From positions 5,743 through 69,742 of the forward strand of contig NZ_JAJAGH010000008.1 of the NCBI RefSeq assembly GCF_020734085.1: DNA of 64,000 nt. Reading direction: 5' to 3'. Below the pieces are notes generated by a model. The model made no database searches. It saw only the letters and a list, made by a program, of their open reading frames with translations, and was not told the DNA's origin. Below, in pieces: positions 47,898-57,114 of this stretch. Origin of the DNA: Hominibacterium faecale. Its GTDB lineage: Bacteria; Bacillota; Clostridia; Peptostreptococcales; Anaerovoracaceae. The translations under genes and the position numbers were made by a program. Every line of letters starts with the position of its first letter. Position 1 is the first letter of the stretch.

Positions 47898-49782
47898 GGC
47901 CCCCTCCTTTTTGCGCTTTTGCTGCGCCATCTGGTTGGGGTGAAGACTTGCGGTCAAAGGCTTCTTCTTTCTGAAGGAATGCATAAAGCAGGCCGCTAGC
48001 AACCGCATTCCGCGGCCCCATGCACCCGCGAATATTGCCTTTCCCGCTGGTGATGCCATAGTAGGCCAAAACATCCGTCAGCATATTTGGGAGTTCAAAG
48101 TCCAGTGAAGAGCCACCGACCAGCACCACATGCTCGAATTCATGAAGGGTGCCTGTAGCAGAAACCTTCAACAATGCCCGAAGCACATTGTTGACAAAGA
48201 CCTTTCGTTTGATCTCTCTGCGGACGGAACGAACCTTTTCCAAAGAATGCCTGGTATTGATCGGCAGATATCCGTCCGGTTGAATGGACAAAAGTTTGGC
48301 GAAAAAGTCACTGTGGAGCGGCTCTTTGAAAAACTCCACACTTCCGTCTTCGTGGCGCAGGTGAAACAGGGACTCGGCTCTTGCCAGAGGATATTTTTTG
48401 ATGGCTTCCGCTTCTTCTCTGGAAGAAAGGCCCAGCTCTGCCTGGATCAGCTCGGTCACCATGTTGCCCGCGCCAGCCAGGTGGATGGTCTTTTTCTGGC
48501 CATCACTGTGAAGATAACAGGAATCCGTAGATCCGGCGCCAATATCAACAACCAGGATGGGCGTTCCGCTTCCCGGCGTCGTGAGGGTTCCAAGGACTGC
48601 CATATCTCCCTCGACACCGCCGATCTCCGTGGGGCAGCCGACTGTTTCCTCCAGTAGAGCCGCCAGGTGCTGCATGTGCAGCTTTTGGGTCTTTACCATG
48701 GCCGCGATGCCGACGGATTTTTCCATATAAAACTCATTGGCCAAGGAGCCGATCACATTTTGCGGCACCAAAGTGTCTACGGCCATCAGATCCTGAATAA
48801 AGATGGAATCTTCCGGCGTATCGGTGACTTGAGCCATCTTTTTGCGAACCGACTCCAGCATACCGCCGACATTCGTACCGCTGCTGCCGTGGACATCACG
48901 AATCGAACCGGCACGTTTCACCTGATCCATAATTTTTTGGGCACCGTCGTCCACGTTGACCCGGTACTGCTGCCTCTGTCCGTCGATGATGATTTCGCCC
49001 GCCGGGATGATCCGTTCATGGATGCTGCCGGAAGGCGTTTTGATGACAACGGCAGAGCGGTTGCCGATCAGCGCTTTGGCAATATGGATTACATGCTTTG
49101 TCTCCGCAGAAGAGAGAGAAAAGGCGGTCGCAATGCCATAGGGGTTGGTGAGAAAGTCGATCGACGCACCCGGCCTTGCCACCTCTACGGCACACAGATA
49201 ATCCACCGGAACCTTATCGATGAGGGAGACCTCATCCACGATGGGAAGGGTTTCCGAAAGCCGATTGCAGATCAGCACCCCGTCATCATTTTGGACGATC
49301 AGTCCTTTGATGGAATAACCATCTTCAATGGCCAGATTAACCTCCCTGGCTGCGGTAATAAAGTCGTGCTCCTCTGAAATAATAACGATATGCGGCTTTT
49401 GTTTATCTGCTGCGGGAAGATCCTCCAAAAATACGGTGTAGCCGATGCCAAGACCAAGGCCACCGGGAGTGTCCGGGTTGTGGCCAATCATGGCAGATTC
49501 GGTAATGACCGTCTGAGTGATCGTTTCCATGGCAAAATCACCGATCACAGGAGTTGCCTCGTTAATACGGATCAGATCCAGAGAAGACAGCGGGATATCC
49601 ATATCCGCACAGGCTTCTTTTAGAGAATTGATCATTCCGTAAAGGTTGTCTTTTGTACCTTTGATACCGGTTGTTTTTGTTATTCCGCTGGTGCAGCGAA
49701 GCAGCCGCCCATCCTGGATCTTGCCCAGAGCAGTTTCGGTGGTAGCATTTCCGATATCGATACCAGCTACATAAGTGATCAT
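47890..49782 (-). CDS. diol/glycerol dehydratase reactivase large (alpha) subunit
   Basis: MITYVAGIDIGNATTE N-terminus typical of DdrA/DhaF. 630 aa. Confidence 0.8.
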   Translation of the reverse strand: MITYVAGIDIGNATTETALGKIQDGRLLRCTSGITKTTGIKGTKDNLYGMINSLKEACADMDIPLSSLDLIRINEATPVIGDFAMETITQTVITESAMIGHNPDTPGGLGLGIGYTVFLEDLPAADKQKPHIVIISEEHDFITAAREVNLAIEDGYSIKGLIVQNDDGVLICNRLSETLPIVDEVSLIDKVPVDYLCAVEVARPGASIDFLTNPYGIATAFSLSSAETKHVIHIAKALIGNRSAVVIKTPSGSIHERIIPAGEIIIDGQRQQYRVNVDDGAQKIMDQVKRAGSIRDVHGSSGTNVGGMLESVRKKMAQVTDTPEDSIFIQDLMAVDTLVPQNVIGSLANEFYMEKSVGIAAMVKTQKLHMQHLAALLEETVGCPTEIGGVEGDMAVLGTLTTPGSGTPILVVDIGAGSTDSCYLHSDGQKKTIHLAGAGNMVTELIQAELGLSSREEAEAIKKYPLARAESLFHLRHEDGSVEFFKEPLHSDFFAKLLSIQPDGYLPINTRHSLEKVRSVRREIKRKVFVNNVLRALLKVSATGTLHEFEHVVLVGGSSLDFELPNMLTDVLAYYGITSGKGNIRGCMGPRNAVASGLLYAFLQKEEAFDRKSSPQPDGAAKAQKGGGHE

Positions 49783-49794
49783 AGGCTGCTCCTT

Positions 49795-50217
49795 TTACCG
49801 GTTGTGCTTGAGGCGGTTGCTGTCTTGCAGGATTTCGCCTGCCTCCCGGACGAACTGAGCGGTCTCAGCGGCTCCGTATTTGTTTTCCAAAGCATCGGCA
49901 ACCGCTAAAATGTCTTCCATTTCACTACGGAAAGGGCGAATAGTGTTATAGACTTCCAAAATATAGTCATCGGGAACATTGGTCAGCTCCGCCGCGCGCC
50001 GCAGATTGGCCGCAATCTGAATATCGCCTGCCGACTGGGCGATTTCGGCCTGCATCAGCAAGGTGTCCTTGTGGATCTTTCCGTCCTCCATTTTGACCGT
50101 CCCTGCCAGAACGTTTTCCATGGTCAGTTGGCCTATGGGTCTTCCGGACATGGCTTTCAGTTTGTCAGGGTGCTTTTCCAGGAGTGGATAATCGGTTTTG
50201 TAATTTAAGGTATTCAT
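49795..50217 (-). CDS. B12-dependent diol/glycerol dehydratase small (gamma) subunit
   Basis: DYPLLEKHPD and RRAAELTNVPDDYILEVYNTIRPFRS match PddC/DhaB3. Confidence 0.8.
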   Translation of the reverse strand: MNTLNYKTDYPLLEKHPDKLKAMSGRPIGQLTMENVLAGTVKMEDGKIHKDTLLMQAEIAQSAGDIQIAANLRRAAELTNVPDDYILEVYNTIRPFRSEMEDILAVADALENKYGAAETAQFVREAGEILQDSNRLKHNR

Positions 50218-50241
50218 GGGTTTTGCCGTTCCTTTCTGTAA

Positions 50242-52467
50242 TTATATAAAAGAGACTTCAAGCTCTACCGGTTTGATGTTTTTGATCTGAGCTGTTTCGT
50301 GGTTGTGAAGAAGGGTTGTTTTCAACATATAAAATCTCGTGCTGCTGTCGATATCGCCGGGAAGCGGTTCAGGGCTTTCCCCTTTTGCGTATTTGGCCGC
50401 ATTTTTTCCGATAGCCCGGTAGGTTTTTTTGTCATAAAGCGGCGACTGAGGGAAAAGCTCCAGATTGTCCAAAGGTACCAGATCTTTTTGATGGATCACC
50501 GTAGTCCCTCTTGACTGGATACCGATGCTGATGCCTGAGCCGCTCAGCCTGGAACCTGCGCTGCTGATTACAGCCAGATCAGAGGAGCTGTAGCATTTGA
50601 TAAAGCGCGGTTTCATGCCTTCCTCTTCGATGCCGGCAGCAAGCTCGCGGAGCACGATTTCATGGGGGAGGTCTACGATGGTCTTTCGCTGCTGCTGCCC
50701 AAAGCTTGGAGAAACTGCAATAACAACTTCATCTGGATTTGTACCAGGAGCGGCAGGGCCGCATTCGGTGATGCCATTGATGTAGGATTCATCCCTGGAG
50801 TCGATAAAGTCATCTGTGGAAACAGCGCCCATGTGCTGCTGCATCTGATCCCACCGCGCATCCGAGATCTGATAGCCGGTCGTCGGTCCGGCATAGTCGT
50901 TTTCGTTATTGATCGCGCTTATCACGTGGAAGTTTTCGTCAAAGATTGCAGAGGTGTGCAGATAGTCTCCTGCCACGCGCTGCTTGAGCATGGTCAGGAT
51001 GTTTTCTGCAAGCTCCTCGTATCCGGCCTGGTACAAAACCTTCACAATATCAAAACCATTAAAATCGCTTTCCATAATGTGGGTAGCCGCTTTTATGTCT
51101 TCTGCAACGTTTCTCTTTGGCATATCGGAAGATTTGTAGGCGTAAACAGCAGCCTCTACTTCTTCATCGGTGATCTCAGGAAAATCCATCGCGTAGAACA
51201 GTGCCTGCATAGCCTGGGCTGCTTTGCGGCGATGAGCAATTACCTCCTCATTGCTGACTGGATGCAGTGCTCCATCTACCTTCATATCGCGCTGAACCAT
51301 ATAATAGTTGGCGTAGTTATCGCAGTCCATGGTGCTGGCGGAGAAGGTGTTGTCGCAGTTGGGAATAGAGGCATACCCGGAGGTGACCAGATCGGTGCCG
51401 GGCAGCATCTGCATCAGTAGCTTGGACATGCTGCGAGCCAGAGAGTGGGAAAAATAGGTGTCGTTACCAGAGGCTACTTCCAGTCCCAGCATAGAGGTCA
51501 GCAGATTTTCTGCGGCAACAGCCCGAAGCCCTGAGGGCATGGACGAGGATAGGGGCAGTCCGTCGATAGAACCGTTCTGCGTGCCCTGGGAGCCGCCAGC
51601 TTTTACCATCCAGACACAGCGCGCTTCCAGATACAGCATGGATTTTCCTTCCGCATAGCCCATCATGACCTCAGAGCCGGTACCAGAGGAAAAACGCATT
51701 TTCATACCCCGGGCGGCGTAGGCGGATGCCAGGAAAGATTTTGACCAGGGAGTATCATCTCCGTCAGACATGACCGCCTCGGTACCATATACGGAAACGG
51801 TTTCTGCGTAAGAGGTGAAGCCCTTCATGCCGATCTTCAATTCGGTGGCTTCCTCCAGGGAACACTGGGTGATAACGCCTGGGCGGCCGACCTGGCTTCC
51901 GATCATCAGCGCAATCGCGTTGAGCGGTGCGCAGCGAGTCACACTGCAGGTAGTCTCCAGTTCGGCAAAACCGCGGAGGGCAGCTTCGGCGGCATCGGCA
52001 GCCATCAGTACCGGATTGTCCAGCAGGTTGGTCACATGGGCCTGATTGGCCGGACTTTTTCTGGCTCGCATTTTCATTTGTGCCATCATGATTTCCACAA
52101 CGTTCATTTTGCTGACCACATCGACCAGTTTGGCAGGAGTCAGGCCGGAGGCAATCTTCAAAAGGTCACGTCTTGAAACGTTGATATCTACCAGCATCTT
52201 TGCGATTTCCGCGGAATCAAGGGCCATAGAGGTTTCCGCCTCAGAGACATTGATTCCATATTTAACAATAAATTTGTCGATAAAGTCAAATTCATCCCTG
52301 GTTTTTCCATCCATCTCCACAATCTGGCCATCTATGATTTTAATGCTGGGGCGAGGGTCGTTGGGGCTGTCCAGTGCGACTAAACCGACTGCAGGATCCT
52401 CCCACGCGATAACATCTTGGGTTACAGGGGCCTGCTCATATTTTTGTCTTCGTTTTGTTGATTTCAT
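50242..52467 (-). CDS. B12-dependent diol/glycerol dehydratase, fused large+medium (alpha-beta) subunit
   Basis: 741 aa. SPNDPRPSIKI, QCSLEEATELKIGM, TSYAETVSVYGTE and GDDTPWSK are collinear with Klebsiella PddA. The C-terminal 190 aa (EVVIAVSPSFG...) is beta-subunit-like. Confidence 0.85.
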   Translation of the reverse strand: MKSTKRRQKYEQAPVTQDVIAWEDPAVGLVALDSPNDPRPSIKIIDGQIVEMDGKTRDEFDFIDKFIVKYGINVSEAETSMALDSAEIAKMLVDINVSRRDLLKIASGLTPAKLVDVVSKMNVVEIMMAQMKMRARKSPANQAHVTNLLDNPVLMAADAAEAALRGFAELETTCSVTRCAPLNAIALMIGSQVGRPGVITQCSLEEATELKIGMKGFTSYAETVSVYGTEAVMSDGDDTPWSKSFLASAYAARGMKMRFSSGTGSEVMMGYAEGKSMLYLEARCVWMVKAGGSQGTQNGSIDGLPLSSSMPSGLRAVAAENLLTSMLGLEVASGNDTYFSHSLARSMSKLLMQMLPGTDLVTSGYASIPNCDNTFSASTMDCDNYANYYMVQRDMKVDGALHPVSNEEVIAHRRKAAQAMQALFYAMDFPEITDEEVEAAVYAYKSSDMPKRNVAEDIKAATHIMESDFNGFDIVKVLYQAGYEELAENILTMLKQRVAGDYLHTSAIFDENFHVISAINNENDYAGPTTGYQISDARWDQMQQHMGAVSTDDFIDSRDESYINGITECGPAAPGTNPDEVVIAVSPSFGQQQRKTIVDLPHEIVLRELAAGIEEEGMKPRFIKCYSSSDLAVISSAGSRLSGSGISIGIQSRGTTVIHQKDLVPLDNLELFPQSPLYDKKTYRAIGKNAAKYAKGESPEPLPGDIDSSTRFYMLKTTLLHNHETAQIKNIKPVELEVSFI

Positions 52468-52620
52468 TTCCTACTCCTTTTCTACTTTGGTTTCTTTAAG
52501 AATCCCTGTGAGGACCATAAAAGTTTCCTCGTAACCTTATTTTAACATAAAGATTGCTCAATATTCTGAAAATTCTCCTGAGAAACGATGGGGACGAAAA
52601 TCTTTATGCTATTTAATAAA

Positions 52621-52635
52621 GCAAATTTTATGCCA
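52621..52635 (-). promoter_or_regulatory. sigma-54 promoter (minus strand: TGGCATaaaatTTGC)
   Basis: Plus strand reads GCAAattttaTGCCA. Lies about 155 nt upstream of the dehydratase start. Confidence 0.55.
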
Positions 52636-52758
52636 AAGATAATCGGCCCTAAAGAATAATGATAAAACTATACTGGCGGCTACTGTTGGAATGGGGCGTT
52701 TTCTGCTATAATAAGAATGTAGAAAAAGCGGAGGCAAGTGGAAGGAGGATAGAGCATT

Positions 52759-54195
52759 ATGGAAAAAAAACATTCAGAGAAAAGCAGTTCGCCATGTGAA
52801 ACATGCCGCCATTATGAAGAAAAACGAATGGATATCTTGTTCGAAGTTATGGATAATGAGAATGATGTGACCTTAGCGGACGGGAAGGGCGTTGTGCTGA
52901 GAGTCAGCGATTCCTACGAAGACCATTTCGGTCTGAAGAAAGAGGAAATTATAGGTAAAACCGTGTGGGAGCTGGAGGATATGGGGGTCTTTAAGCCGTC
53001 GGTAACTGCTGCTGTTTTGGAAAAGAAGAAAAACACCACCATTATGCAGAAGAACAAACAGGGGCGGGATGTACTGACTACTGGTGTTCCTGTTTTCGGA
53101 AAAGATGGAGAAATCGCATATGTAGTCAGCTTTAATTCGATTCATATTGCAGGCGTTACGAGCCTGCAGAGCCAATATGAACAGTTAAACACAATGATGC
53201 AAGCGTATAATCAGGAAATCAATAAGCTTCGATTAAGAGATTTGAGAGAAAAGAAATTTATCAAAAAGAGTAAGAGTATGGAAAATATCAGCGAATTGAT
53301 TTCGCAGATTGCGGATACAAACGCGTCCGTATTGATTACAGGAGAAACGGGTGTGGGAAAAAGTATGGTTGCCAAGCTCATTCATGAAAACAGCAACCGT
53401 TCAGAAGGCCCTTTTGTGGAGATCAACTGCGGGACAATTCCTGAAAATTTAATCGAATCCGAACTGTTCGGCTATGAAAAAGGATCCTTTACAGGAGCCA
53501 ACAGCAAAGGGAAAATAGGAAAAATAGAGCTGGCAAAAGGAGGAACTTTGTTCCTGGACGAAATCGGCGAAATCTCGCTCAATCTGCAAATTAAATTTCT
53601 GCAGGTCATACAGGAAAAATTGATAACAAGAGTAGGTGGACTTAGTAAAATCGAGGTGGATTTCCGTCTGATCACCGCGACGAACCGCGACCTGGAAGAC
53701 GATATTCATCGGGGGCTCTTTCGGGAGGATTTGTTTTATCGTCTGAATGTAATACCAATTCATATTCCGCCTCTGCGCGAACGCAGGGAAGATGTCCTGC
53801 CGTTGATTTTGAATGCTTTGGAACGGTTTAATTCTCAATATGGAAGACATATAAAATTGTCGGCAGATGCCCTTCAGATATTGGAACGGCAGACGTGGCC
53901 CGGGAACATCCGCCAGATAGAAAATCTGGTTGAACGGATGGTCGTTACTTCCAGGGGCGAGCTAATAAGGATAGAAGACCTGCCTGCTGACTTGGAATGG
54001 GAGACCATGCAGCAGACGCCGGAAACAACGGGACAGCTGAAAGAACGGCTAGAAAATTATGAACGCAACATCTTTATCGATGCCTTTAAGGAACATCAGT
54101 CAAGCGTAGCAGTGGGAAAAGCCTTGGGAATCAGTCAGACAACGGCTGCGAGAAAGCTGCGTAAGTATATTCCGGGATATGCAAATTTGAACTAG
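52759..54195 (+). CDS. sigma-54-dependent transcriptional activator (PAS, AAA+, HTH)
   Basis: GETGVGKS Walker A, GSFTGA, ESELFGYEKGSFTGA, C-terminal HTH. AGGAGG RBS. Confidence 0.85.
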   Translation: MEKKHSEKSSSPCETCRHYEEKRMDILFEVMDNENDVTLADGKGVVLRVSDSYEDHFGLKKEEIIGKTVWELEDMGVFKPSVTAAVLEKKKNTTIMQKNKQGRDVLTTGVPVFGKDGEIAYVVSFNSIHIAGVTSLQSQYEQLNTMMQAYNQEINKLRLRDLREKKFIKKSKSMENISELISQIADTNASVLITGETGVGKSMVAKLIHENSNRSEGPFVEINCGTIPENLIESELFGYEKGSFTGANSKGKIGKIELAKGGTLFLDEIGEISLNLQIKFLQVIQEKLITRVGGLSKIEVDFRLITATNRDLEDDIHRGLFREDLFYRLNVIPIHIPPLRERREDVLPLILNALERFNSQYGRHIKLSADALQILERQTWPGNIRQIENLVERMVVTSRGELIRIEDLPADLEWETMQQTPETTGQLKERLENYERNIFIDAFKEHQSSVAVGKALGISQTTAARKLRKYIPGYANLN

Positions 54196-54228
54196 TCAAA
54201 AATAGCTATTATAGTCAAAAATGGCTAT
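54193..54228. repeat. tandem direct repeats TAGTCAAAAATAGCTAT / TAGTCAAAAATGGCTAT (candidate UAS), with a third degenerate copy at 54294-54315
   Basis: Same 16-17-bp motif family as the palindrome at 37584-37623. Confidence 0.4.
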
Positions 54229-54477
54229 GGTATGAAAAAGTGCTGTTATATTCAGATTTAGGCACGAGGAAGAGGAAAAAGGAGGTTTAAAAGTATAGCC
54301 AAAAATGCCTAGTCCTGCAACAGGCCCATGGTTGAAACCCTGGGATGAATCGAAATCTTTTGATCAAATTCCAGCAGGATAAAGGACTTGATTTTTTTAG
54401 TGCAAATCCGTAAATTCTCCTAAAATCCGTAACGCCCGAAAATTTTTTTGTCCTGCAGTTCAGTGATTTCTTAGTTT

Positions 54478-54493
54478 TGGCGCGAACCTTGCA
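54478..54493 (+). promoter_or_regulatory. sigma-54 promoter TGGCGCgaaccTTGCA
   Basis: Canonical GG/GC spacing, about 60 nt upstream of the permease start. Confidence 0.55.
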
Positions 54494-54551
54494 CTTTGAT
54501 TAATTTCGTAAAATCAAATTCATTATTCATATGTATTAAGGAGGTATCGCT

Positions 54552-55925
54552 ATGAACGAACACGACAGGGCTGTACAAGCCAGTGAACCCAAGCTAAAGA
54601 GGGTGCTTGGAACTCCCGGCCTGGTCTTTTTTGGTTTGGCATTTATGAACATTACATCGATTATACTGGGTTATGCAATCGTTGATCAAATGACACATGG
54701 AATGGTGCCGCTCTCCATCCTGATCTCATTTGTGGTCATGCTGATCACAAGCTTCAGCTATAAACAGATGTCCATGCAATATCCGATGTCCGGATCCGCC
54801 TACACCTACACTTCTAAGGCAATCAATCCATATGTAGGTTTTTTTACCGGCTGGGCGATTCTTTCCACCTATCTGATCCTTCCCGGATATAACTTCTTGT
54901 TGTTCGCATTGTACATGAATGTTTTAATTCCCGGTGTCCCTATGTGGGTTTGGATCGTAGCCTCAATCGTCATCGTTGGCGTGATTAACTTTTTAGGAAT
55001 CAAGCTGCTTTCTATTGTAGATGCAATTTTTGTAGTTATTTTTGCTGTATTGCTTACTGCGATTGCGATTTCTGCTATCGTTCATCTGTCCGGAAATCCA
55101 ACTGCTCCCGGGTTCTTCGATGGTCTGGCGAATCTGTATAAGCCGGAAGCGGCAAGTGAAGTTGGAGGAATGGGCATTTTACAGGGTGCGGCATATATCT
55201 GTTTTTGCTATTTGGGTTTTGATGCCATTTCAACGCTTGCTGAGGAAACGATTGATCCTACCAAAAAAGTTGGACGTTCTATGGTTCTTTCTGTTGCCAT
55301 AGGCGGTGCGATTTTATTGCTGTTTTCGTTCCTGTTTGATCTGTGCTGGTCTGATAAATGGAATATGTATGATAACCCGGATACAGGGGCAATCGAGATT
55401 ATCCGCTCTGTAGGCGGCGATACCCTTGGTTATATAACAAGCGCAATTTTGGTTGTTGGTGTCTTTGCTTCCGTATTGTCCATTGAGACTTCTGCGACAA
55501 GGCTGCTGTACGGAATGAGTTGTGATAAAGTAATGCCAAAATTCTTTTCCAAACTGCACCCGAAATTTAAAACTCCGGGTTATGGAATTATATTTGTGTC
55601 TGTTTTAGGCCTTTTGGCGCTTCTGCGGGATCTGGAGGTCATTGTTTCCCTGCTCAATGTTGGTGCGCTGATTGCCTTTATTCTTGTAAATATAGCGGTA
55701 ATCGCCCAGTTCTGGATCAAGAAAAAAGACAGGGCAGGCTTTATGAACAAGTTGAAATATTTAATCGCCCCGGTTATTGGTACGTTAAGCCTGGCGGTTG
55801 TACTGATCAATGTCGGAATATACGGCCTGGTTTTGGGATTTGTCTGGTTGCTGGCCGGCTTTATTTTTCTCGCGTACAGGACAAAGATGTTTAAAGAACT
55901 GCCGCCTACCTTGAAGGGGTTCTAA
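54552..55925 (+). CDS. APC-family amino acid/amine permease
   Basis: 12 TM. AGGAGG RBS. Confidence 0.8.
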   Translation: MNEHDRAVQASEPKLKRVLGTPGLVFFGLAFMNITSIILGYAIVDQMTHGMVPLSILISFVVMLITSFSYKQMSMQYPMSGSAYTYTSKAINPYVGFFTGWAILSTYLILPGYNFLLFALYMNVLIPGVPMWVWIVASIVIVGVINFLGIKLLSIVDAIFVVIFAVLLTAIAISAIVHLSGNPTAPGFFDGLANLYKPEAASEVGGMGILQGAAYICFCYLGFDAISTLAEETIDPTKKVGRSMVLSVAIGGAILLLFSFLFDLCWSDKWNMYDNPDTGAIEIIRSVGGDTLGYITSAILVVGVFASVLSIETSATRLLYGMSCDKVMPKFFSKLHPKFKTPGYGIIFVSVLGLLALLRDLEVIVSLLNVGALIAFILVNIAVIAQFWIKKKDRAGFMNKLKYLIAPVIGTLSLAVVLINVGIYGLVLGFVWLLAGFIFLAYRTKMFKELPPTLKGF

Positions 55926-55978
55926 TGGCCTTGGATACTGACAGTTTTGGGCCTTTGATCCGGGCCGGACGTCAGAGA

Positions 55979-56025
55979 AAGTATCGGAATTGATTTTAAA
56001 ACGCTTCAATTCCGATACTTTTTTC
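55979..56025 (+). terminator. intrinsic terminator
   Basis: 14-bp stem agtatcggaattga / tcaattccgatact followed by T6. Confidence 0.65.
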
Positions 56026-56232
56026 GTTTTTGCCGGAAGAAACAGTAACTTCTATCTTTTTTCCATCAGACACCTTGCGCCGTGACCGCATTGTGATATA
56101 ATTATTTAATCTGGGATTTTAGTATCTGATTCAGGCAGGTCAAGCTGAGTCAGCGGCTGGATTTCAGAATCTGAACCAAGAACAAGAAAAAGCCGGTAAA
56201 TCATTTGAATCATCGCCAGGCAGGAAATTTTT

Positions 56233-57087
56233 ATGAAAAAAACAGGTTTAATAAATTTGGAATATGTAAATACTGTAATTAAGGAACGTCCGAGGGACAT
56301 ACATAAAGGTGACTGCGGAAAGGTTCTTGTGATTGCAGGCTCAGTTGGCATGGCAGGCGCGGCCGTGCTTTGCGCGCGGGGAGCGCTGCGATCCGGAGCA
56401 GGACTCGTACGGATATCTGCTCCCAGAGAACTATATCCCATTCTGCAGGTGGGCGTACCGGAAGCCACATGTGTCCCGAGAGAGCTTTCCTTACCGGAAC
56501 TGATGGACAGCGATGCCATCGCAGTTGGTCCGGGGTTAGGAGATGATGGGCAGAACGCCAAGCTTATCCGTACAATCTTAAAGGAATATAAAAAGACCGT
56601 CGTCCTCGATGCCGATGGGATCAATACCATCAGCCGGGCGGATCTGCTGGATGAACTGCGGGAAACGAAGGCCCAAGTGATCATGACACCCCATCCTGGA
56701 GAGGCTGCAAGACTTCTCAGTTATTGCGGGATTGAAACTTCCCGGATGGACAGGCCCAAGACGGCCCAGCTGCTGGTGGAACAGACCCGGGCTACCTGCG
56801 TGCTCAAAGGCAGCGGAACCCAGGTGGCAACAAAAGACGGCGAATCATATACTAATACTACAGGAAACCCGGGAATGGCTGCCGGCGGCAGCGGAGATGT
56901 TCTGACAGGCATCATCGCAGCGCTGGCCGGACAGAAGCTTTCTCCGGCGGACTGTGCAAAGGCGGGAGTGTTCATCCACGGGATGGCAGGGGACCTGTGC
57001 GCCCAATCTCTTGGAGAGACGGGTATGACGTCCCTGGACCTGGCAAACATGGTTGCTCTTGCTTTCAAACAAATCATAGGAAAATAA
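56233..57087 (+). CDS. nnr: NAD(P)H-hydrate dehydratase (YjeF C-terminal domain type)
   Basis: HKGDCGKVLVIAGSVGMAGAAVLCARGALRSGAGLV is the YjeF_C signature. Confidence 0.75.
   Translation: MKKTGLINLEYVNTVIKERPRDIHKGDCGKVLVIAGSVGMAGAAVLCARGALRSGAGLVRISAPRELYPILQVGVPEATCVPRELSLPELMDSDAIAVGPGLGDDGQNAKLIRTILKEYKKTVVLDADGINTISRADLLDELRETKAQVIMTPHPGEAARLLSYCGIETSRMDRPKTAQLLVEQTRATCVLKGSGTQVATKDGESYTNTTGNPGMAAGGSGDVLTGIIAALAGQKLSPADCAKAGVFIHGMAGDLCAQSLGETGMTSLDLANMVALAFKQIIGK
56273..56293 (+). repeat. right-hand copy of the 21-nt segment (inside nnr)
   Basis: Identical to 37482-37502. Confidence 0.6.
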
Positions 57088-57114
57088 AACTTGAATAGAT
57101 AAGGAGTGAAGGAC

